DNA from: Candidatus Hydrogenedentota bacterium
Lineage (GTDB): Bacteria > Hydrogenedentota > Hydrogenedentia > Hydrogenedentales > GCA-2746185
Assembly: GCA_046583315.1 (NCBI GenBank)
Contig: JAYGCN010000285.1
Location: forward strand, 1-10,026
DNA length: 10,026 nucleotides
Reading direction: 5' to 3'
How positions within the stretch are numbered: the first letter of the stretch is position 1; each line of letters starts with the position of its first letter. Positions 1 through 7,634 of this stretch are shown piece after piece. Below the pieces are notes generated by a model, which ran no database searches, was not told the origin of the DNA, and saw only the letters and a program-made list of their open reading frames with translations. Position numbers and translations under genes: made by a program.

Positions 1-1
1 C

Positions 2-163
2 GGCACGAACCTGGTGGACCCGGCCGAGCAGATTACGGTCACCCGAAATAGCTCTGGCATCGTACGCATCGGCACCAGCACACCAGCAGACATCCAGGCC
101 GATAAGCCTTCAGGAACCTCCGGGTTCACAACGCGCTATAAGGCAGGAAGCGCTCCTGAGTAG
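2..163 (+). pseudogene. 3' end or fragment of a tail-fibre/adhesin-like gene (partial, runs off the left edge)
   Basis: Frame 2 is open from the window edge to TAG at 161-163 and reads GTNLVDPAEQITVTRNSSGIVRIGTSTPADIQADKPSGTSGFTTRYKAGSAPE*. SSGIVRIGTSTP resembles the SSGNVGIGTxxP repeat typical of S74-terminated trimeric fibre proteins. It is in the same frame as the S74 domain downstream. Confidence 0.45.
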
Positions 164-487
164 TGTACATATGTGGGGATTTCGTTTTGGGACAGATGTG
201 AGGGTATTGGGAAGCCGGTTTCGGGCACCTTACCCGTCATGCACCTGGTCTAGTTTAGTACCGTCCAGTCCCCGCATGCACCATCGCCATGCCAGAGATG
301 TATATATTTTATGTTCACTCTCATAAGGAAGCACTACATTGCGTGCCATAAGGCAATCCTCCGTAGTTGCCCATGAACAGCAGTATACCCTGCCCTATGC
401 AGACCGAAATATTTCAGGGAACTAGCCCCTGAAACGACGGAAAACTGTGTCTTAACAAAACTCCTCAATATATGCCACTTTGCTTGA

Positions 488-976
488 CGGTACACAAATG
501 GCGGTCTTCGATTCATCACGGATTCCGGTATCGGCGCGGGCGTGGGTATGGGTATGGGTAATGGCGATACCTCGTGGAATGTACTTTCCGCAGAAGAGTC
601 GAAGGAGAACTACACGCGCATTGATGCTGAGCATATCCTTGAGCAGGTAACAGCACTTCCTATTGAACAATGGAACTACAGGCATCAGGATGATTCGGTT
701 AAACACATCGACCCCTACGCCGAAGATTTCCATGCTGATTTCGGACTGCACGGCGAGTCGAACCGTACGATAAGTTCTCAAGACTTGGATGGCGTGGCCC
801 TTGCTGCGATTCAGGGACTGAATCAGAAGCTGGAAACGGAACTTGAAGATACACGAGGCAAACTTGATGAGCAGCAGGCCGAGATTGACAGGCTCGAAGC
901 TGAGTTGGCAAAGCACGATGAACAGTTCGCTTCACTTGAACAGCGTCTTCTTGCGATGGAAGTGTCGATGAATTAG
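488..976 (+). pseudogene. Orphan Peptidase_S74 (intramolecular chaperone, endosialidase-type) domain plus C-terminal coiled coil; probable truncated remnant (ORF track 542-976)
   Basis: SWNVLSAEESKENY...ILEQVTALPIEQWNY...KHIDPYAEDFHADFGL...ISSQDLDGVALAAIQGL matches the S74 pattern SDxxxKEN/WxYK/HIGPMAQDF/DxDGVALAAIQGL and is followed by a heptad coil. Family-like sequence (RYTNGGLRFITDSGIGAGV) extends upstream of the GTG at 542 to an in-frame TGA at 485-487. There is no clear RBS. Confidence 0.75.
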
Positions 977-1123
977 GAATCCATTGGCCTTACTACCATT
1001 CAGGATTCATCTTATGGGCCAGTTATAGCTTCGTGAATCCCTCACAAAAAGTGTTCCAAATTCTATTAGCCAACTATTAGTAATTCGCTAGTTATCCACG
1101 TCGAAATTGCCTTTCAGTCAATC

Positions 1124-1153
1124 TTGACGCGAACATACGAAAATTAATAGTAT
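1124..1153 (+). promoter_or_regulatory. Putative sigma70-type promoter for the Clp ATPase gene
   Basis: TTGACG (1124-1129), an 18-bp spacer and TAGTAT (1148-1153), in AT-rich intergenic DNA about 77 bp upstream of the start codon. Confidence 0.45.
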
Positions 1154-1229
1154 TACTCTATCGTTTCGTCGTTTGAGGCCCAATCAAATGATCGATTCAC
1201 CTTAGTATTTGGGATTCAGGAGGCACGAA

Positions 1230-3554
1230 TTGGATTATTCGGTAGCGACAGACGCACGTGCAATTCTTGACGAAGCAGCCATTCTGGCACTGCGTCGTGG
1301 ACGCGCGTATGTCGGCGTCGAATTCGTTTTTGAAGCGCTGTTAACCCGCCCGGAATTGCTCCCTGATTCATTTGCTCAGACCTACGTACTGCTCCTGGTC
1401 CCCTCACTCAACAAGATGAGACAGGAGGAATGGCAAGGTGTGGCTCCGGTGAGTCCTGATGGCGAAGTATACTATACTCCGCGCGCGCAAAGGATGGTCC
1501 GCGATTCGGCACGTTTGGCCCAGCACTATCGCAAAGGCCCTATGACCCCTGTCCATCTTCTCGTGGTAATCGCGAGTCAAGACGGGTCCGAGGTCTGTGA
1601 CGCGATTGACGCATGCGGTGTTGACCGCAAAGAGATAGTCAAGGAACTAAGCTTCTTCTTGCTTAAGAATGACTCCGTTTCGCAGTCTGCAGATACTGTT
1701 CAGCAAGCTGTTGATGACGAGACACCATCAGAAGATGCCGACAAACCAACGATTGCTGTGGACTCATTTCTCGCTGACTTAACGCAAGCTGCTCGAAACA
1801 AAGAAATTTCCAGGGCACTGGGTCGAGACAAAGAGATGTTCAAAATCGCTCAAATTTTGATGCGCAAAGAAAAAAGCAGCGTCATAATCACAGGGGAACC
1901 GGGTGTCGGGAAAACAAAGATTGTAGAGGGCATTGCTTGCGATATTGTAAAAGGGAATATGGCGGAGATGCTCGGTGCCTCTCGAATTCTGGAACTCAAC
2001 GTTTCCGCACTTATGTCCGGTACCGAATTGCGTGGCTCATTTGAATCGAAAATACTGGCTCTTTTGGAAGAACTTGAGAATTCGAGCGATACGATATTGT
2101 TTATTGACGAGATTCATTTGATTATGGGCTCAGGGGCAACCGATGGCGATTCGCTGGATATGGCAAACTTGCTCAAACCCGCTCTGGGCCGTGGTAAACT
2201 GCGATGCATTGGAGCGACCACATCGGAGGAATATCGAAAGTTTATCGCGAAAGATCCGGCACTGGAGCGTCGCTTTCAATCGGTCAATGTGGAAGGACTC
2301 TCACTGGAAAGCACTCACGCCCTACTCAAGAAAATGCAGCACAGCTTTGAAAGACATCATGGCGTGAGCATTGGAACCGGCACCATGAGTCACGCAATCC
2401 GATTGTCCGAACGGTATCTTTCTAAACGTCAGCAACCGGACAAAGCCATCGATATCGTTGATCAGGCCTGTGCGCGATTTCACCTGAAAATGGTCTTGGC
2501 CGAAACCAACCCGACCGCTCTGAAGGCAACAATTGATCCACGAATCGCAGGGAAGGTCACGCCCCATGACGTTCGAAAAGTTGTAAGTGACATGACATCG
2601 ATTTCGCTCGACGATTTGAACGTCAAAGAGCGGTCGACGCTTACGGACCTCGAAGCACTGCTCAACCAGCGGATCCTTGGTCAAGAACGAGCGGTTTCGC
2701 AGGTCGTGCCCCCGATTCAAAAGTCGAAAATTGGAATGAGCTCGCCCGACAGACCGGACGCTGTAATGTTTTTCATGGGGCCCACCGGCGTTGGCAAAAC
2801 TCAGCTCGCCAAAGAACTCGCGGGACTCGTGTTTGGTTCCGCAGACTTGCTACACACCTTTGATATGTCTGAATATGTCGAAGAAAACTCCGTTGCACGT
2901 ATACTGGGTGCTCCGCCGGGATATGTGGGTCACGAAGAAGACAGTGCACTCTACGTTTACATGTTGAATACACCTTATTCGATAGTGTTGTTCGACGAGA
3001 TTGAAAAAGCGCACCCGTCGGTATACGACATTTTGTTACCGATGCTTGAAGAAGGACGTTTGACCGACTCTAAAGGTCGGGAAGTATCGCTCAAGAACGC
3101 GATTATTTTGTTTACTTCGAATATTGGGGCGGATTCACTTGATAGGGAGGATTCGGAGGAAGAGTCCTCTCGGCGTTTAATGGAAGCGCTTCAGAAACAT
3201 TTCCGGACGGAATTACTTAACAGGATTGATACCTTCGTTCCGTTTTTTCCGCTTCGCCAGGAAGATGTCCGAAAAATTCTTCGGCAGTTTATTGACGACA
3301 TCCGGCGCAGGTTACAGGACAAGAAAATTGGAGTGCGAATGTACGAATCAACGTACCAGTATTTAGGGGAACTCGGATTTGATGCAGTGTACGGAGCGCG
3401 AGAATTACGTCGGTCCGTTGAGCGCTATATCGCCGATCCAATAAGCGAACTACTCCTGAAGGGTCAGATCGGACCTGGGGACACAATCGATATCCAGGCT
3501 TCAGATGGACGATTGAGTTACAAGCGTAGCGAGAAGAAGAAATCGAGAGAGTAG
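1230..3554 (+). CDS. Class I Hsp100/Clp AAA+ ATPase (Clp_N domain plus two NBDs; ClpA/B/C/V superfamily, atypical), 774 aa
   Basis: The N-domain carries Clp repeats (YTPRAQR...TPVHLLVVI). NBD1 has Walker A GEPGVGKT, Walker B ILFIDEIH, NLLKPALGRG, IGATT, DPALERRFQ and PDKAIDIVD. NBD2 has GPTGVGKT, DMSEY, GAPPGYVG, VLFDEIEKAHP, TSNIG, LNRID and GARELRR. The start was moved from 1209 to the TTG at 1230 because a perfect AGGAGG (1218-1223) lies 6 nt upstream. Confidence 0.96.
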   Translation: MDYSVATDARAILDEAAILALRRGRAYVGVEFVFEALLTRPELLPDSFAQTYVLLLVPSLNKMRQEEWQGVAPVSPDGEVYYTPRAQRMVRDSARLAQHYRKGPMTPVHLLVVIASQDGSEVCDAIDACGVDRKEIVKELSFFLLKNDSVSQSADTVQQAVDDETPSEDADKPTIAVDSFLADLTQAARNKEISRALGRDKEMFKIAQILMRKEKSSVIITGEPGVGKTKIVEGIACDIVKGNMAEMLGASRILELNVSALMSGTELRGSFESKILALLEELENSSDTILFIDEIHLIMGSGATDGDSLDMANLLKPALGRGKLRCIGATTSEEYRKFIAKDPALERRFQSVNVEGLSLESTHALLKKMQHSFERHHGVSIGTGTMSHAIRLSERYLSKRQQPDKAIDIVDQACARFHLKMVLAETNPTALKATIDPRIAGKVTPHDVRKVVSDMTSISLDDLNVKERSTLTDLEALLNQRILGQERAVSQVVPPIQKSKIGMSSPDRPDAVMFFMGPTGVGKTQLAKELAGLVFGSADLLHTFDMSEYVEENSVARILGAPPGYVGHEEDSALYVYMLNTPYSIVLFDEIEKAHPSVYDILLPMLEEGRLTDSKGREVSLKNAIILFTSNIGADSLDREDSEEESSRRLMEALQKHFRTELLNRIDTFVPFFPLRQEDVRKILRQFIDDIRRRLQDKKIGVRMYESTYQYLGELGFDAVYGARELRRSVERYIADPISELLLKGQIGPGDTIDIQASDGRLSYKRSEKKKSRE

Positions 3555-3562
3555 GCACATCG

Positions 3563-4135
3563 ATGCGCAATGCCGATTTTCACGATATGTTCACCGTTCG
3601 AAAGGGACCCGAAGATGGGAGCGAGTTTCCCATTACGGCAACGCCCATTTTAATTGGTAAAGGTCCATCTTGCCTCGTTCAAGTACAGTTTGATGTTACC
3701 GTTCGCTCGGTTCACGCGCGCGCGACGGCCGCGAAGGGGGGATACCGAATCAGAAGTGCCGAGGGAGCCCCGGTTTATGTGGATGGTCGGAGAGTCGGTA
3801 TGATTCGCTCTCGAATGTTGCTTCCGAAGGGCGTGCTGAAGGTCGGATACACTGAACTCGTTCTAAGTTGCGCGGATGTTGGGCTGGCCTCGTCGGCGAA
3901 GGCCAGATGGTCGGATGGAGATGCGGCTTGGGTGCTGAGATCACTTGGAATCAAATTACTCGTTCTTGGGCATATGGTCCGCAATTTTCTATGGAGTGTA
4001 TTGCGTTTGACACTACGGCATTGGATCCTTGCACTCGTCCTCATTGCTCTCGCGTGTTACTTGTTTGGGCCATCTATGGAGGGTCGGGTGACTGACAGAG
4101 TGGTAAAGGCGCTGAAAGAACTGCTCGATTTCTAA
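3563..4135 (+). CDS. FHA-like domain protein with C-terminal membrane anchor (degenerate pThr-binding residues)
   Basis: The FHA strand pattern reads VRKGPEDGSEFPI...ILIGK...C.V...D..V...HA...GYRIRS....VYVDG.....L..G.L.VG.TEL. The C-terminal hydrophobic helix is WILALVLIALACYLFG. The gene starts 8 bp after the Clp stop, so the two are probably co-transcribed. Confidence 0.8.
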   Translation: MRNADFHDMFTVRKGPEDGSEFPITATPILIGKGPSCLVQVQFDVTVRSVHARATAAKGGYRIRSAEGAPVYVDGRRVGMIRSRMLLPKGVLKVGYTELVLSCADVGLASSAKARWSDGDAAWVLRSLGIKLLVLGHMVRNFLWSVLRLTLRHWILALVLIALACYLFGPSMEGRVTDRVVKALKELLDF

Positions 4136-4219
4136 GTCCACGCATCACCTGGACGCGGGCACAGTGTTCAATAGTGTTGTCGCCGCGCTGCAAAATACTA
4201 GAAAAATTTTCACTTCGAC

Positions 4220-4248
4220 TGTAACCTTGAGTGTCACTTGTGCGTAGA
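4220..4248 (+). promoter_or_regulatory. Putative ECF sigma-dependent (autoregulatory) promoter
   Basis: TGTAACCTT (4220-4228), N14, CGTAGA (4243-4248). This is the classic ECF AAC-N17-CGT arrangement, with an AT-rich tract at 4193-4211 upstream. A near-identical copy with the same spacing lies at 9914-9942. Confidence 0.65.
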
Positions 4249-4311
4249 TCAGTAACGAAACTGGGTAGATGGATTTTAGCCTCCGGCGGGAAACGCACGA
4301 AAGGTTCTGAT

Positions 4312-5019
4312 ATGGAATTCAATACGACGCGGTGGTCGATTATTGTGGCTTCCCATGACAGCGACCTGGGGATATCGCAAAAGGCACTCGGAGAGTTGTG
4401 CCAACTGTATTGGTTGCCTCTGTATTCCTTCGTGCGTTCCCGGGTACACGGTCGCGAAGTGGCGGAGGATCTGACTCAATCCTTTTTCGTTCATTTTCTC
4501 GAAAGTAATGGCTTCGAGAAAGCAGACAGGAAAAAGGGGAACTTTCGAACGTTTATGCTTAGTTGTATCAAGAATTTCATGGTTGACGAATGGAAAAAAG
4601 GACAGGCCCAGAAGCGGGGCGGCGGGCAAGTACGTTTATCCCTGGATTTCGATAGGGCCGAACGACTGTTGACGCATGCCGCCGATGGACAGCGGGGTGC
4701 TGAGCACGCCTATGACTATCATTGGGCAAAGACCATCATGGCACGTGCACTTAATCGCGTTCGCGAGGCGTACACCGTTCACGGTAAAGAAGATATATTT
4801 GATTCGCTGAAGGTCTACCTGGAGGAGTCGGAGCCCCCTTGCCCGTATTCGGAAATGGCGGTGAGGATTGATATGAAGGAGGGAGCGGTCAAAGTCGCGG
4901 TACACAGACTTCGGAAACGGTATAGAAATGCCCTTTTGCAGGAAATAAGTGATACGATGCCGTTGGACGGCGATGTAGAATCGGAAGTGGCCTATTTGAT
5001 CAGCATTGTATCATCCTAA
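4312..5019 (+). CDS. ECF-type RNA polymerase sigma factor of the Ser/Thr kinase-associated type, 235 aa
   Basis: Sigma2 reads FNTTRWSII...ALGELCQLYWLPLYSFVR...AEDLTQSFF...GNFRTFML...QKRGGG, and the sigma4 HTH reads YSEMAVRIDMKEGAVKVAVHRLRKRYR. The ATG at 4312 is preferred over the GTG at 4231 because the conserved motif begins immediately, AAGG lies upstream at 4301-4304, and the 4231 start falls inside the predicted promoter. Confidence 0.93.
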   Translation: MEFNTTRWSIIVASHDSDLGISQKALGELCQLYWLPLYSFVRSRVHGREVAEDLTQSFFVHFLESNGFEKADRKKGNFRTFMLSCIKNFMVDEWKKGQAQKRGGGQVRLSLDFDRAERLLTHAADGQRGAEHAYDYHWAKTIMARALNRVREAYTVHGKEDIFDSLKVYLEESEPPCPYSEMAVRIDMKEGAVKVAVHRLRKRYRNALLQEISDTMPLDGDVESEVAYLISIVSS

Positions 5020-5068
5020 CAGAATGGACAGAAGGCGTAACTGGAAAAAACGCTAATATGACGCAGTA

Positions 5069-5082
5069 TTCGAATATTCGAA
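5069..5082. repeat. Perfect 14-bp palindrome TTCGAATATTCGAA (also tandem TATTCGAA x2, 5067-5082)
   Basis: Read directly in the 89-bp sigma-kinase intergenic region. Function unknown. Confidence 0.6.
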
Positions 5083-5108
5083 AATTTCAACCAAGAGGCG
5101 TTAATTGA

Positions 5109-7634
5109 ATGGACGACGATAAGCCAGAAGAGGAACTATTAAAATCGGATTCCTCCGATCGTTTCAGCATTGACGAGCGATTCAATTTTTCGTTGCCGGA
5201 ATCGGTTTCAGAAGAGCACGACGAGGGAAAGGAGAGGCGGGCAGGCGAAGACGCTCCCAAACCTGCGAATGAGGAGGTTGCCATAACGATAATCTCCGAC
5301 CCCGCTCTGAATTCGGAGGACGGTGCAGACAGCATGATAGGCCGTGTGATTGGTAACTATCAGGTCATCTCCGAACTGGGTCGCGGCGGTTTCGGATCTG
5401 TATACAAGGCCAAAGATACGAGCCTGAATCGCTACGCCGCACTGAAGTTTCTTCGTTTTCCACTTGATCGGGAATATCGCAAGCTGTTCAGCCGCGAGGC
5501 ACAGGTTATCGCTAATTTGGGGAAACATCCCAATATCGTTCAGATCTATCAATGGGGTGAATATTGCGGTAGTCATTATTTCGCGCTGGAGTATCTCGAT
5601 ATGAGCGCAGACAAGATGCTATCGCACGTGACACTTTCGAAGAGTAATCATACGATGCCTGTCCGACGTACACTCGAAAGTATCGCCGAATGCGCGGACG
5701 CACTCAAATTTGCTCATGAAAATGGTGTGCTTCACCGGGATATAAAGCCGGCCAACATTCTGATCGATTCAAAGACCAATAAAGCAAAATTGTGCGATTT
5801 CGGTCTTGCGAAATTCCACCACATGGGCACCGGCACCGGTACAGAATCCGCAATCATTGCCGGATCCCCACCTTACATGTCGCCCGAACAAATATCTGGA
5901 AAAGAGGTAGACGAACGTACAGATATATACTCGCTCGGCGTTACCCTTTACGAATTATTGAGCGGAGAATTACCCTTTTCGGGCGATTCACATATCGAGA
6001 TCATCGATAATATTCTTGGGAAGAAGAAGCCCACTCCCTTATCCGATCATCGCCCGGATCTATCTGAAGCCGTGTTGGAACTGGTTGAGACGGCGATGGC
6101 CTTTCAACCGGAGGATCGATTCGCTACGGCATCAAAGATGCATCAAGTGATCAAGGATATCCTTGAACAATTGGAGATATCAGGAAGCTCTGGAGAGCTG
6201 CGGGCCGCAAGGACACGAAAACGACGGCCGTTTAAGAAAGAGGGGCGAAAGGCCTTGGCGGGTGTTGCATTGGCTGTGCTAGCATCGCTCTTCGCTGCTA
6301 CATCGATTAATTGGCCAGAGCGGACCGATCGCGGTTATCAGGACAACCCTTTTTGGCCGATTGCCATTGCCGAGGCCAAAGAGCAAATCGAGTCGGAAGA
6401 TTATGACAGCGCGATTACCTCGCTTCAGAGCCATATAGAGTCTAATCCGGGCGACGACCAGGCACACTATGCGTTGGGTTACGCGTATCTGTTTACGGAT
6501 GATTTCGACAACGCTGAATCGGTTTTTGAAAAGGTGTCTGATGCGGGGCTGCGGGGCGAGGGTATGGCGGCTGCGGCACATGCGCGTTCCGGGGAACAAG
6601 CACGGTCCTTGCTGCAAAGCAAAATCAATTCCGTACCTACACGATACCCGGCCGTTTTAATCGCATTGTTGGATGTGGGCAATAAGGATTATGTCGCTGC
6701 CATGGAATCACTTCGGCTAATTGACTATTCGGGGTTTCATTTCAAGTGGCAACAGATTCAATACCAGGATTTGGTGCTGCGCATTGAAAACGCTCTTGCA
6801 GGCACTTCCAGACTCTCGCATTCTATACAAAAGGCAGAGCTGAAGGTCGAAGAACAAAAACTCGATTCCGCAACAAAAGAAAGTGTACGCCAACAGATTG
6901 CCGCTGTGCGCAAACTGGCGTCTGAATTGAACGTAGACAAGATCGAACCTGCTTCTTTGTGGACGAGTCGTCGACCATTCGGTATACGAATATCCCCATC
7001 GAAATACAAAGTCGGCGGGTTAGCGGATGAGAGTGGGCTTGCAAACTTTTTCCCTACCGAGCTTGCCAGTTTGCTGGAGGAACAGCAAGTTCTGCCAGTG
7101 GAGATCGTTGACCGTGAATCCATTGGAGATGTGCTGTACGAGCAAGAACTTTCCTCACTCAGTAGTGACAAAGAGCGAGCGCAACTATTGATGCTCAGTG
7201 GGGCGAAATTCATGCTCAACAGCGAGTTCCTGCTTCTAAAGGATAAAAGACACCTTCGAATTAAGGTAATCGATATTGAAACGACAAAAACGCATACGAT
7301 TTCTCGAGAAGATTTTGACGCCGATACCGATTTTGACGAATTTGTCCCGGCTATCACCGAGAAGATAATCGAAAATATTGTCGAGAATTATCCAATACAA
7401 GGTATTTTGACGAAGGATGGAAACGAGGCGCGAATCAATATCGGAACAAATGTCGGCGTCGAACCCGGAATGATTTTTTCTGTGATGACTGGTCCCGATA
7501 CCGACCTGACTTTGGACAAGATTTCCGTCACGGTTGACGGTGAGGTGCTAGGGCGTAGCGCGGCGGTCGTGTTGGACGGATTCAATCTGAAAACGATTCC
7601 GGATGATGGCTGGTACGTACAGGAAAGACGATGA
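5109..7634 (+). CDS. Transmembrane Hanks-type Ser/Thr protein kinase with extracytoplasmic TPR and CsgG/FlgT-like domains, 841 aa
   Basis: The kinase domain (about 5358-6165) has GRGGFG, AALK, HPNIV, HRDIKPANIL, DFG, GSPPYMSPE and DIYSLG. A basic patch RTRKRRPFKK precedes the TM segment ALAGVALAVLASLFAA. TPR-like helices follow (DYDSAI...NPGDDQAHYALGYAY), then IVDRESIGDVLYEQEL and YPIQG...INIGTNVGVEPGMIFSV. AAGAGG lies upstream at 5093-5098. Confidence 0.95.
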   Translation: MDDDKPEEELLKSDSSDRFSIDERFNFSLPESVSEEHDEGKERRAGEDAPKPANEEVAITIISDPALNSEDGADSMIGRVIGNYQVISELGRGGFGSVYKAKDTSLNRYAALKFLRFPLDREYRKLFSREAQVIANLGKHPNIVQIYQWGEYCGSHYFALEYLDMSADKMLSHVTLSKSNHTMPVRRTLESIAECADALKFAHENGVLHRDIKPANILIDSKTNKAKLCDFGLAKFHHMGTGTGTESAIIAGSPPYMSPEQISGKEVDERTDIYSLGVTLYELLSGELPFSGDSHIEIIDNILGKKKPTPLSDHRPDLSEAVLELVETAMAFQPEDRFATASKMHQVIKDILEQLEISGSSGELRAARTRKRRPFKKEGRKALAGVALAVLASLFAATSINWPERTDRGYQDNPFWPIAIAEAKEQIESEDYDSAITSLQSHIESNPGDDQAHYALGYAYLFTDDFDNAESVFEKVSDAGLRGEGMAAAAHARSGEQARSLLQSKINSVPTRYPAVLIALLDVGNKDYVAAMESLRLIDYSGFHFKWQQIQYQDLVLRIENALAGTSRLSHSIQKAELKVEEQKLDSATKESVRQQIAAVRKLASELNVDKIEPASLWTSRRPFGIRISPSKYKVGGLADESGLANFFPTELASLLEEQQVLPVEIVDRESIGDVLYEQELSSLSSDKERAQLLMLSGAKFMLNSEFLLLKDKRHLRIKVIDIETTKTHTISREDFDADTDFDEFVPAITEKIIENIVENYPIQGILTKDGNEARINIGTNVGVEPGMIFSVMTGPDTDLTLDKISVTVDGEVLGRSAAVVLDGFNLKTIPDDGWYVQERR

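Noticed and set aside
542..565. GGGTAT short tandem repeat (GMGMG) as a phase-variation tract
   Set aside because: It has fewer than three full in-frame units and lies in a probable pseudogene.
1..976. Prophage or mobile element
   Set aside because: S74 domains are common in non-phage bacterial surface proteins. No integrase, transposase, structural phage gene or att-like repeat is visible.
977..1040. GAATCC / GGATTCA / TGAATCC short inverted repeats as a terminator or RNA switch
   Set aside because: The arms are only 6-7 bp with long loops and there is no U-tract.
1092..1100. DnaA-box-like TTATCCACG (8/9 match)
   Set aside because: It is a single imperfect copy, with no box cluster or replication genes nearby.
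1209..1229. ORF-track start of the Clp ATPase at TTG 1209
   Set aside because: The extension contains the AGGAGG Shine-Dalgarno, which is ideally spaced for the TTG at 1230.
1230..3554. Assigning the symbol clpB, clpC, clpA or clpV
   Set aside because: Diagnostic elements of ClpA/B/C are missing (ClpP loop, M-domain) and no T6SS context for ClpV is visible. Phylogeny is needed.
4231..4311. N-terminal extension of the sigma factor from GTG 4231
   Set aside because: It overlaps the predicted promoter spacer and has no RBS. Family conservation begins at the ATG at 4312.
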